Shown piece by piece: positions 50,505 to 61,353 of a stretch of 64,000 nt of DNA. Source of the DNA: Macrostomum lignano (Eukaryota); the NCBI GenBank assembly GCA_002269645.1, contig NIVC01000538.1:248001-312000 (forward strand), given 5' to 3'. The number at the start of each line of letters is the position of its first letter. The first letter of the stretch is position 1. The translations under genes were made by a program, and so were the position numbers. Below the pieces are notes generated by a model. That model made no database searches and was not told where the DNA came from. It saw only the letters and a list, made by a program, of their open reading frames with translations.

Positions 50505-52371
50505 AATGTTTTTTCTTTTGAATAGCAAAACAGCTGTTAAAATGAACAGAGCCAATTCTTTCCTATTTCAAAAAGGTTCCATATTTTCTAGGTGATTTTG
50601 TAGTCTCAGTATCGAAACGCAAAAAGCACAAACAAAACAAGTGCAAAAAGAACAATAATTAAACGAAGTCTAAGTAACAAAGATAAACTAACGAAAGTCC
50701 TGCAGTAGAGTAGTAGAGTTTTCATTCTACTGCTGTTGTCAATTACATGTACATGTACGTTCGTACGTTTTGCGATGTGATTAAGATAGAACATTTCTGA
50801 TGAGACATAGAACATTACTATTGTGCGTAGGAGCAAATTTTCAATCTAGAAACTAACACGCTGAGATGCTGCATTAACAAGTGTTTGCAAAGGCCTTTCC
50901 TGTTTAGTGGTGTAAGGTTTCTGAATGCTGTTGGTCGAAACCCGTGCGCAAAATTCCAGTCAAAAATCATTTTGCATGGTCTCATTCAAAGAACTTGATT
51001 TTTTAAGTTCGAAAGAAACAAATATTTTCGCTAATTTCCAGACAAAAAGTCTCAACTTTTATTTATCCATCCTTACGAATTCGTAGCCTTATGGTGCGAC
51101 GCCTTTTAGAAAACATGAATTTATGAGGGCGGAAAACGTATCTAAAGGTGATTGGGAACGAGTTTCATAATTATTTATACGGGCGTCGAATCAGCATTGC
51201 GCTAATATTGCCAAGGCAAAGATATCTTCTTGATTTTTTATAACAAAACACTTTTTGACTGACTGGCACTCATAGCTCGAAGCCCTTGGACTCCCCTCAC
51301 TGGGCTGTCAGTTGAAGAGCTTAATTTCAAGATGTGCATGCAGTTGTAAATGAGGAGACATGGCTAGACTAAAAGCCTAGTCTGTGTAAAATGACCTTAC
51401 GAGTAAGTGGAGTTGGTCAAGATTAGCTCGCCCTGATCATTTTTATCCTCCATGAAAGGAGAAACACGTGCAAACGAATCCCATGACGTAGCCGTCAGGG
51501 GCTACCACAAGTTCTAAAAGGGCAGGGAAATGGCCTTTAAATTCTTGTAAAGTTACCTAAAGGGATTTACTCCTTCTTTCCCCAAAAGGTTCCTTTTGTT
51601 GCAAATTAAATTGAGAAGCCACCAACAGCAAAATGACTTCTCCTGCACAGTGGGCACTGTCCACCTTGTTGATGAAGCACTGTACATCAACGGCTTAGCT
51701 GTAAACAGTCTGACAAGTCTTCCACAAAGAAGACTTCATGTGGAGCAAACAGTGAACCAATGGTGTCACTTTCAGCACACTTGTCAGAGAAACCAAAAAA
51801 CAGGATAAAAGTCTTGAGCGCAGTCCAAGGCTATAATTAATACTTGATTTGCAAAGTCATTATTGCGCTATGAGTATATATATTCCAAGAAGCTCGAGCA
51901 CCCCGGCGTTACCACAATTGCCTCCCCATTGTAAAGGTAACGAAAAAACTACTCAAGGGTATCCCAAAATAATCTAAACAGTTGCTTGAAGCCATTTTAT
52001 GAAAATCAATTCCATCTTCGCGGCTTGTCTTTCGGAGAATTTTTAACTTAGACTGGCGCCTGAAACTTTTACTTCAATGTTCAATTGCAAACACTGCATA
52101 AAAAAATATTGCCTGTTGCCTATCAAAAGAGACATCAATCGACATGTGGAAGACCTGAGTAATAATAGCAGAACCAAAATAAATCACTATCTTCTTTTAG
52201 TTTACAGGATAGGCAATTAGAAACTTCATTTTCATCTAACAACTTGAATGAGTTAATTGAATTGAAAAGTACGCACATCTTTCAAGCCGAAAAATCGCAC
52301 ATAAATCAAGGCAGAGCCAGAAAGAACAATAAAAATAGCTACATCATTTTTTTCTATAACAACGGACTCAC

Positions 52372-55257
52372 CGCGCTTCTGGTACTCCAGAGAACACACG
52401 TGCGCGGAGACCTGACTACATAATTTCTTCAGTCGCGCCATCAGAGCCTTCTTCTTCAGCTCAAACACGCGGCTCACAATGTCCGGCCGGTCCTCTGGCT
52501 TCTGTCCGGGCAGCAGCTCGTCGCTGATCTCCTGCCACTTCGAGTTGCAGGTGGCCGTCACGAACAGGTCCGGCTTGCCAAATTTTTGGACGTAGGTTAT
52601 GGCGTCCTGCAGCTGCTCCATCATGTACCGGGGACCGCCCACGAAGCTTGATGACAGAAACACCGGCTTGCCGACCTCATTAGGATCCGCTGCGTTCCGC
52701 AACCAGTCCTCTGCAAACAGGGCATCGCGCAGGCCGCTGTACGTCTCGCTGCGGAGGTCGTTCTCGTGGGTGCGGAGATAAGTCAGTCTCTCGCACTCGA
52801 TTTTCGAGCATTAATCTACCAGGTACTGCTGAAGCAGGCGGTGGCCGTAGTGAAGCGCATTAAACTGGCCAGGCCGCACCATGATCTCGCTGGCGTAGTA
52901 TTTGCGGGGTGTCAGCTTGCCGCCGTTTGCCATCCTCAGTTCTAAGTGCCACCCGTCCTGTCCATACGGCAAGAACAACACGTACTGCAGGGCATCATAT
53001 GATCGATGCGTCACAGACACTGAGAGCAGACGCCTGCGGTCTTCATCAGGGCGTTGAAGCTCTATAACTACGTCACGAGAAGTTATGGCCCCGTCGGAAG
53101 CATCTCCAACGAGTATGCCCACCTCGCTTGCTTCGGGCAGATCATAGCGCCTTGGAAGTAAAAAAGAAACAGTCTATCTATCTAGGAGCCAGAAATTACT
53201 TTTATAAAGAGCAAAAAAGAAGCAAAACATTAAAATTAATTGGAAAAGCAGAAAAAAATCAAGTCTCGATAAATAGACAAGCTTAAAATTATTCAAGTTA
53301 GTGTTGGACGAAACTTATCAATCTGATATTCCCTAGAAAACAGAAACCCATCAGCGAAACTCACCGAATGTGCTCGCCAGCAGGTCGGCGGTCGGGATAG
53401 ATCACGACACGAGCATCCTTCAATTCGGGCTGCTCATTAATCCGCTGAACTGCAGCCTTCAGGCTCCGGACGTACTCGTTGCAGTCGTGCAGCACAGCCT
53501 GCAACAGGGCCAGCAGCTTCTCGTTGACTTTCTCGCTGAGTCTCAGGCGGGACTCCAGCTCCTTGTCAATGAAGTACACCTGCCAGCCGCGAGGCACATC
53601 ATTAGCACCGGCATGCAGATGCGGGATTTTGTGCACCAGCTCCCCACTGATTATGTAATTGGGACAGTAGCCTCGGAACGGCTGCAACTTTGCCTTCAGC
53701 GAGGTGAGGTGCAGAACGGCATTGTAGTTCCTGATGTTGGCCAAGAAATCAGGGCTCTCGGGGTGGCGACCAAGGAACAAATCCAGCAGGACCTGCGGCA
53801 CCGTCTTTGCAGGAATCTTCACCTTGCCGGCTGAACAGCAGATTCCTGGCGGCTCCCCCTTCCAGAGCAAGGCGTGGCAGTGCTGGCATGGCTTGCTCAT
53901 ACGGCCGAGCTGATGAGCCTGGGGTTCCTGCCTGACTGCAGCATTGGCTCTGTGGAGGATGGGGAAAACACTTTTCAGTTGAAAATTTAAAAAATCCTTA
54001 AGTTTTACTTTTCATGAAAATCATCCCACGCATTTAATAAACTTACTAAGTTCTGCATAGAAAGAGTAAAACGCAACTAAAAAAGCAAAATCAATCAACG
54101 ATGGTTTTGAAGCGATGCACAATTTTAGCATCACCCACCCAGCATCATCATCTGACAACTCGGGAATATCGGATGCGACACTGGCAGCCGGCAGCTCTGA
54201 ATTCCCTGCAGCGCCGGCACGCAGTGGCGTCGAGTGGGACCAACTGTAGGGGTGCAGTGGAAAGGTGAGGAATTTCCTGTTGTTAACGAGTTAACTGGAA
54301 ACAATTTCTCACAAATTAAAATCAATCTACTCACCCAGGGTCATTACTCGAAAAATCTGGAACAGTTGATCCTGCAGTGAAACCGCGGGTAGGCTGTTCG
54401 GAATTCCCAACCGAAGCCAAAGCACATGGCGGCGCCGAACTCGATGAGTTCTCGACTCTTGATTTCAATAAACAAAAATTGGATAGTCCTTTTGGATGTG
54501 ATTGCTATACTATACATAATTAATACCCTATTTAAGCGACAAAAATTAAATCACTCATTCATGATGTCTATAGACATACAAAGTTATTATAAATTTTTAT
54601 TAACTCAAATATATTATTTTTAAATACCGAAACACTCGGCTACCTTTGAAAGCGAAAAGCTCAAGAAGAACTCACCCAGCAGTCACAAAGCGCAGAGACT
54701 CGTAGTGTTCACCATGGCGATCATAGAGAAGCCGCACTACAGCAGCCACCGGCCTTCTAGCAGCAGAAACTTGCTGAACCAGCTCGAGCTGCCTCCTGTC
54801 ACGGTCAGCGTACTGATAGATGACATAATCCACATCCAGCAGCTGGTTCAGTATCGGTGCAATGTGCTCATGCACATCAACTCCATCGCGCTGAGTCTCA
54901 GCTACCACTCTGTCCACTGTCAGCCCAATGGCCTGGAGGGTGGCCTGCTGAGCTTCCAGCAGCGGTCTCGCATTGGCAGCGATGGTCCGCCATCCGCCAT
55001 CCGACAAAGAGCGCTCGGATCTGCGCAGGTCTGCTGAATCTGAAGCCGAGCGAGTTGCCCGTCTGCAGGCCGACAAAGAGCGCTCGGATCTGCGCAGGTC
55101 CACTGAGACGGAAGCCGAGCGAGTCGCCCGTCTGCAGGCCGACAAACAGCGCTCGTGTCAGCGAAGGGCTGAAGAATCTGATTTGCAGCGAGACGATCGG
55201 CTAAGCTCCAATCTCTTGTACTATCGGGCATCACTCGAGCCGGAGCAAAGCTTCAGG
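52372..55257 (-). mobile_element. Helitron segment H3: 5' half of a RepHel paralogue (OTU C-terminal part, Zn finger, Rep motifs 1-2), with the STPR exon inverted
   Basis: HGEHYESLRF; CQHCHALLWKGE..CCSAGKV; RRYDLPEASEV; LLQQYLVD* (nonsense); PDLFVTATCNSKW; EYQKRG|GTGAG at 52372. It shares intron positions (GEHIR|, QKRG|) with H2. The 23-aa repeats at ~55000-55200 read on the + strand. Confidence 0.9.
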
Positions 55258-55408
55258 TGAGACGGTGAAAATTCGAATATTTAATACCTTTAGCATTGAA
55301 GCAAATACAAGAAATTTTAACTGTATTCTTTCCAGAAAATTACAAATCTTTTGGCGAAAACGCGATCAAAATTGGTCAAGAATTGCAATCTCTAGAGCGT
55401 TTCAGATG

Positions 55409-55444
<36 letters not shown>
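55409..55444 (+). repeat. (GACA)n microsatellite within a probable non-autonomous Helitron-type 3' end (...GAGATTTAGTATAG)
   Basis: About 9 GACA units are visible. The terminal assignment is by analogy only. Confidence 0.75.
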
Positions 55445-56348
55445 GGTCTTAGAGATTTAGTATAGTTGGATTATTATTAGTATTACTCGTATTATAACAA
55501 GCAGTTAAGTTCAATACCATCTATATAAGTTTTATTTAAAAATAAGAAGACTGAATGCTGAAGAGATCATTTAGGACTTTTCGCTTGATGTTCACTCTTT
55601 TCATGGCTTCATTCCGCATTCAATTGTATTTTGAAATGCCATAGTGGAAAGTCCCCCACGAGATGGTCTCGCACAATTCTGTAATTTACAAGTGACATAC
55701 TTCTGTGACTATAATCATAGCGCGCAGAAGTCTTGATTGTGATAGGAAAAGCCATTAATTTTTTAATTCTACACATCGACGAATTCATTCAGTGAAATCT
55801 TCGATCCAAAACTGGGTTTTGGATCCAAATTTTTCTTATGGAAATCGAAATCTACAATTCAAAAAAGTGTTACATGATACTTAATCTGCGATAAGGCTAG
55901 TCAGCGCCTTCTTCTGGTCCGCTTCCTGCTTTCTAATTCATTCAAGTGGCTCCAGTACTCTTGATCTTATTCGGGCGCGAAAGCCATTCATGTGCTGTTC
56001 AATAGCTCTTGCTTCCCGAGCCCACATGACGATGTAGCTATCAGGCTTCGTTGATGTCTGAGACATCTTTAAATTTAAACTGATATAAAAGTCGATGACG
56101 TAAAGTAAATAATTTCTATTCAATCAATCGAATGGTGTCTTACTTCTGTCTACAGTTCCAGTTTTTCGCATTCCATATTTATATTAGTTTTTTTCATGGT
56201 GAGATTGAAAAAGGGACTTACTGTGGAACTTATCAAACCAAAGTCAGAGTAAAAGTCACACGAAGCTGTTATGACACAATCAATTTCTCAGGCTCAGTCT
56301 CAGTTAAAGTTAATCAGAATTAAGAACGTGAGCCAAATCATTTTTTAT

Positions 56349-56384
56349 GCGACATGTTTCGCCTTGCGTTAGGCATCGTCAGGC
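56349..56384 (-). ncRNA. Minimal hammerhead ribozyme motif with an intact catalytic core
   Basis: The minus strand reads GC-CUGACGA-U-GCCU(AACGCA)AGGC-GAAA-CAUG-UC-GC: full core, 4-bp stem II and palindromic ACAUGU stem III, as in Penelope-associated minimal hammerheads. Stem I is only 2 bp. Confidence 0.7.
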
Positions 56385-56605
56385 TCTTAAAATTTAGTTA
56401 CGCCAATTTATAATGACGCGTTTCCAGCTCCTTATGGGTAGGTGTCATTTACCAATTTCAATGCTCTGGCGACCAGAGTATCACCTACATGAACACGATG
56501 AACACGCAGAATATTATCGCTAAACCATGGCGAAAGCAACGCACAAAATAAAATTTGCCCACCGGTCAGGGCTATGTATCAACTCAGTTTCAATGAAAAT
56601 TACGG

Positions 56606-57734
56606 TCACGACGGCCGGCAATGCAGTAATATAATCACAGGTGAAACGGCGGCCTGAAGAGCTCCGGCAGCCCCCCAGCCCGTCCATCCGCAAATGATGG
56701 CGAGACTCCGGAGGCGCACCGCTACGACCCGCTCGCTCCGTCGGGACGGCGACATGTGGGTGCTTAGTAGCGTCTCCCGCAGTAGTTCTACTGCCTCACG
56801 CAGCAACCTTGGTCGATACTCGGCTTCAGCACGTTGGAGATACTCGATCACTTTTGCCGGGAGACCTAGACCATGGCCTAGCCCCAGCGCCAGGCGACGC
56901 AGGTGAAACTCCAGCTGACTCTTGGCCTCGGCAAGTAGCGGCGTGAGGGCTCCCCTTCGTGTTGCCGTTTTTCCGGGTGGAGTTTCAGCTGATACATCGC
57001 AGTCAGCCGCACGGGCCGTAGGTGGCGGTCGAACCCGGTGTCGGCCCTCAGCAACGCAGCCAGGCCCAGTCGATCTTGCCGTTGATTCGACCTGGCCGAT
57101 CCCCCTTTGGGCCCATTCTGATGTCACGCCACTAGCGAATGATCAAGGGGCCATCTAGGCCTAAATTTCACTCAATAATGCCACTTAATTTTCTTCAAGT
57201 TAAATTAATAAGCGAGATGAGCAAAAAGATAAAGACATTGATACCAAATTGAACAAATTAAGATAACCAATTAGCAAGGCTGGATAATGAGTTGATAAAT
57301 ATGTCGAATAAATATGATTTGTAGTGCAAGGTGCAATTGTCAAGGCACCCGAACCTGTTCCTGATGCGGGAGCGGGAGACAGACGGATCCTTGGGATCAC
57401 GCTTCTCGCGTCTCTGAGTCTTCTTGTCTTTTTCAGCAAGGAATTTTCTAAGCTGCCGCTTTCCCATGAGCAAATGCGCAGATGAATTGCCAGGGTAGTG
57501 CAGATTGTAACAAAAATCCTGCTCAACACTATCAGTAGATGAGAACTCGCTGTCTGATTCTGCAGCAGCATTCAGAGTCTCGCTGATGGCTATTTCACTT
57601 TCTGGAGCCTGTTCAGGCTTGGGAATCTCAGGCAACGCTACTTCATCGGCGCTTTCGCCTGGTTCCTCTAGCAATTCCCCAATACTAATCCTTTTTCTTC
57701 GACAGTATAAAGAGATGATAGCGCAGTAAAACAC
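56606..57734 (-). other. Unidentified coding-like segments (57258..57734 acidic; 56606..57127 helical, Leu/Arg-rich)
   Basis: Open frames of 158 and 173 aa with GC-rich coding-like composition. No family was recognised. Confidence 0.3.
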
Positions 57735-58989
57735 AGTTGGTCGTTAATTCAACGGTCGGAGCACGAAGGCAGACAGACGCAAACTTGAGTGAACGAGACA
57801 CGCAGGCGAACAAAAAGAGCCCCATAGACGTAGGACAATAAAACGATTTATTTCGAGTTAAACAGTCGATCGGAAATAAACTTAAAGACAGGCGGAGCAA
57901 CTTGGAATCAGTATAAAAAAAGATAAAAAGAAAAATTGACTCGCACAAGCAGACAAGGCGAGCCAAAACAACGCGAGCAGCCTTTAAAACCAGAGTGGGG
58001 GGTGGGTGCGCGCGGGGCAGAGAGACGGAGGGGGAGGGGTGCGTCGGAGGGAGAGTGCACGGAGTACAAAGCGGCTAGAGCAGGGGAGGGAGCGCAAATG
58101 AAGCGGTGCCCGACCGGTCTTTAACAACCTTAAACGTCACCCCCTAAAGGGGCACGCTTACGGGCAAGAAAACTACAGCCTCACTGCTGCGGAAACTTTT
58201 TCCTTTAAAGTCGACTAACATGTTAATTTCAAAGTTATTCGTTTTGTTGTACGTCGGATTTGCAAGTTTTACATCTCCATTAGAAATGCAAACAATCTAA
58301 CCATATTCACATATGTCTCGATGAGCACGAATATCTTTGCAAAACTCAATTACCCGAATCTCTCCAGTGTCGTCACTCATGATGAAGTGATTTACCATGC
58401 TGGCCTCGTCCTGTGGCATTGGTAAAGCTTTTAACTTCCGAAGGATGTTCACTCACTCCATCAGTAATCGCAGATTGCATGCAGCCAGGTCGTAGGCCCT
58501 CGATCGATAGTCTCCGCCGCTTAGAATCATTCTCGTAGTTATCGTTGTCTTTCGAAGCCATTGCGTTGTTCTGAAGCTTGGAGGCTGGAAAAGCTCAAAG
58601 TATTTAACTATGCAAGCTACAAGTGGCCCTCTTTGACTCAATGCTTAAGATAGAATGTTGTGCGATAGCAATTTTTTTTCTAGTTTTAGTTCTAGTTTTT
58701 TTATAGTTGATTAAGACTGCCCCCAACTATTGGCCATGGGACTTACGAACAGCCCACAAACATTGCAGCACAGCATTGTGAACAATTTGGTTGGCGTAGC
58801 TTAATCTCGCGAACACCAACATAAACACGAACTGGTTGCAACAAATTGTCCATCTCCCCCTATTGTACCCCATTAGAGCGGTATTTTTTAAGCATCACGA
58901 TTGGTGCTCTCTCGTTAACGTTAGTATACGCAATTTTATGCAGTTATACACCTCACATTTCTGGCTCGTGATAAAAAATTAACTCGCAT

Positions 58990-59787
58990 TTATATGCCTA
59001 GTTTGCAGATAAAACCTCTGCGTACACAATGTTTCGCGTTTTGTTACCAGAAATTCGAACACGAACATTCGCTGCATTCTTTTCCCGGAACAAAATGGTG
59101 TAAAGATGCCCGTGGGCAAAGCAACCCTCGACCAGATCGATGCTGCCGACTGGCCCTGAGACTTGTGCACTGTCAGGTAGAAGCTCGGCCCCATGGGGAA
59201 CTGCAGTCGCTTAAAGCGGATCGGTACGTCCGTATTGTTTGGCTGCAGCGGAGTTCGAGGCAGCAGTATTTAATCGCCAGCAAATTTACCAGCCGCCACC
59301 TTGCAGCGCAGCACTTTGTCCCCGAGGGCCTGGACGATCAGCTGCGTGCCGGTGCACAGCCACCAGGGCGAATTGATGTTTCGAAGCATCACCACCGGCA
59401 TGCCTACTTTAAACCTGAGCAGGTGCTTTGGCAGGTTCGGTGCCTCCAGTTGGTTGAGCAGCTTCTTTCCTTTCCTTTTACCCTTTGTCGCCGTGAGGCA
59501 TGGGTCCCAGGCCGTCTCTACGTGCCGCAACTCCCGTGCTTTGCCATATTTGGTCGCTGCTAGCATCCGTCCGCATAGTTCGCATTATTTCTGTTTACAG
59601 CTCTGGAAGAAAGTGTGAGGCAGCATCGCCATCCGCCACGCTGTCAATAGAGCGGTACTCGCACAGACTGCCACAGGAAACACAAGCTTAATCAGGTCCT
59701 TCACTGTGGCACCTGCAGGCATTATGATATCTGCCGGAAGAGAAACGTTGCCGTCGGAGTCCGCATCAATAAAACCGGAACCCATCT
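58990..59787 (-). pseudogene. Helitron segment H4: decayed terminal helicase exon
   Basis: MGSGFIDADSDGNVSLPADII; LLRFKVGMPVVMLRNIN; FKRLQFPMGPSFYLTVHKSQGQS; stops and frameshifts are present. Confidence 0.9.
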
Positions 59788-60120
59788 GTTGGTTTTAAAT
59801 AAAAAAGTCTATGGGCTGTGCTTTAGAATGTGTAGTACTGCATTGTTGACATTACTGAATGCTACTAATTGATTCCGTAAATCCCTAATTTATAATAAAA
59901 GTCTTATGTTTATTAATAATGTTTATTACATTATTTGTTGGCTCCTCACGGGAGGGATCGCTGATATAAAAAGCGTAATGTAAAAAATAAAAGAAGCTTC
60001 ATGTCGAAGTTAGGAGATTCATTTGGGAATCCCTACGATGTCGAGGCTTGCAGGGAATCGCTATAATGCTGTAGTAGTGCTATAATGACTCTTGGAGAGA
60101 ATTTCTGAAATGTCAATGCT

Positions 60121-60154
60121 TTAAGGTTAGGGTTAGGTTAGGGTTAGGGTTAGG
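60121..60154 (+). repeat. Telomeric-type (TTAGGG)n tract at the 3' boundary of the Penelope-like element
   Basis: TTAAGGTTAGGGTTAGGTTAGGGTTAGGGTTAGG. Confidence 0.85.
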
Positions 60155-60242
60155 ACAAGGATTACTGATCCGTCAGACCAGTCGGCCGCTGAAAAGGGAA
60201 AATGAGGAAGGCTAAAAAGACAGTAGCTAGCAAGGGATTTGG

Positions 60243-60282
60243 TGCTCGACGCGTTTTGGTTTAAAAACCTTCTTCAGGAGCA
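60243..60282 (-). ncRNA. Minimal hammerhead ribozyme fold with a G12->A core substitution
   Basis: The minus strand reads UGCUC-CUGAAGA-A-GGUUU(UU)AAACC-AAAA-CGCG-UC-GAGCA: 5-bp stem I, stem II and palindromic ACGCGU stem III. GAAA is replaced by AAAA (position 60257). Confidence 0.8.
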
Positions 60283-60669
60283 AATGTTAGTAAAGAGTCC
60301 TAAGTTGGGTCTGGTATATTTAGTAAATAGCAAAGCTGAGGGAAGGTTACAGCCAATGGGAGCGCGCGAGGGGTACAGAGAGCGAATGGGAGCGCAGACG
60401 AGAAAAAGTGAGGGTTGGGAGTGGCTGAGGGAGAGGGTGGAAAGGGAGCAGGAGAGAGAAAGAATGGAGAGATATGGGCGCCGTGCCAGTGAGACTGGCG
60501 CAGAGGAAGCAGGGACTAAAGAAGGAAAATCGTGGGGTGGGAATTAGCGATATTGAGAGGAAATGCAGGGCGAGGATGGGCGCACGTGGTGTGCGGCGGA
60601 GAGAGGGAATTAGAGGGGCTAAAGGGTGTGCATTGGTGAGATAGGAGAGGAAGAGAGAGGGACTTAAAA

Positions 60670-60880
60670 ATTGGAAATTGGAGACAATGAAAGTTGGGGT
60701 AGGGACTTAGAGGGAATAAAGTTTAGGAAAAATGAAGAATGGAAATTTTTGCCTAGGGCTAAAGGGACTAAAGGATTGGAAATTGAGGACAAAGGAAGTT
60801 GGGGTAGGGACTTAGAGGGAATAAAGTTTGGAAAAATTTAAGAATGGAAAAATGGGCCTAGGCTAAAGGGACTAAGGGGA
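60670..60880 (+). repeat. ~105-bp tandem duplication in the PLE 3' region
   Basis: TTGGAAATTG..AAGTTGGGGTAGGGACTTAGAGGGAATAAAGTTT..AAGAATGGAAA..CCTAGG..CTAAAGGGACTAA occurs twice. Confidence 0.85.
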
Positions 60881-61272
60881 TGGAAGTTAGGGAAAAAAGA
60901 AAATTGATGGTACATGTAGGTAATGAGCACAAAGAGGATATGGTAAAAAATATAGGCTCTGTGAGCACAAAGCTGCATGCACGGGTGGGTAAATATTAAA
61001 AGTTCAAGTTAATAAAAAATCAGATTGGTCAGACGGGCGTAGTCAGGCGGTCCGGTCGGAGGCAGACTAGTGGAGCCGGCGATAGAGCGATGTTGGTGCC
61101 GGACGCTCCGGCCGAGGTGAGTCGGCGCAACAGCAAGGGGGGGTGCGGGAGGAGAAGAGATGCAAGGGCTGAAATGCGGAATGAGAGTGAAGGGGGATTG
61201 AGATGGGAGTGAAGGGAATGAAGGGAACGGTATTTGAGGGCCTGAGACCGGTATTTGAGGGCCTGAGAGCGG

Positions 61273-61335
61273 TTTAGGTTAGGGTTAGGGTTGGGGTTAG
61301 GGTTAGGGATAGGGTTTAGGGTTGGATTAGGTTAG
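61273..61335 (+). repeat. Degenerate (TTAGGG)n tract immediately 3' of the PLE ORF
   Basis: TTTAGGTTAGGGTTAGGGTTGGGGTTAGGGTTAGGGATAGGGTTTAGGG... Confidence 0.85.
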
Positions 61336-61353
61336 CGGCAGAGAGGGGGGTTT

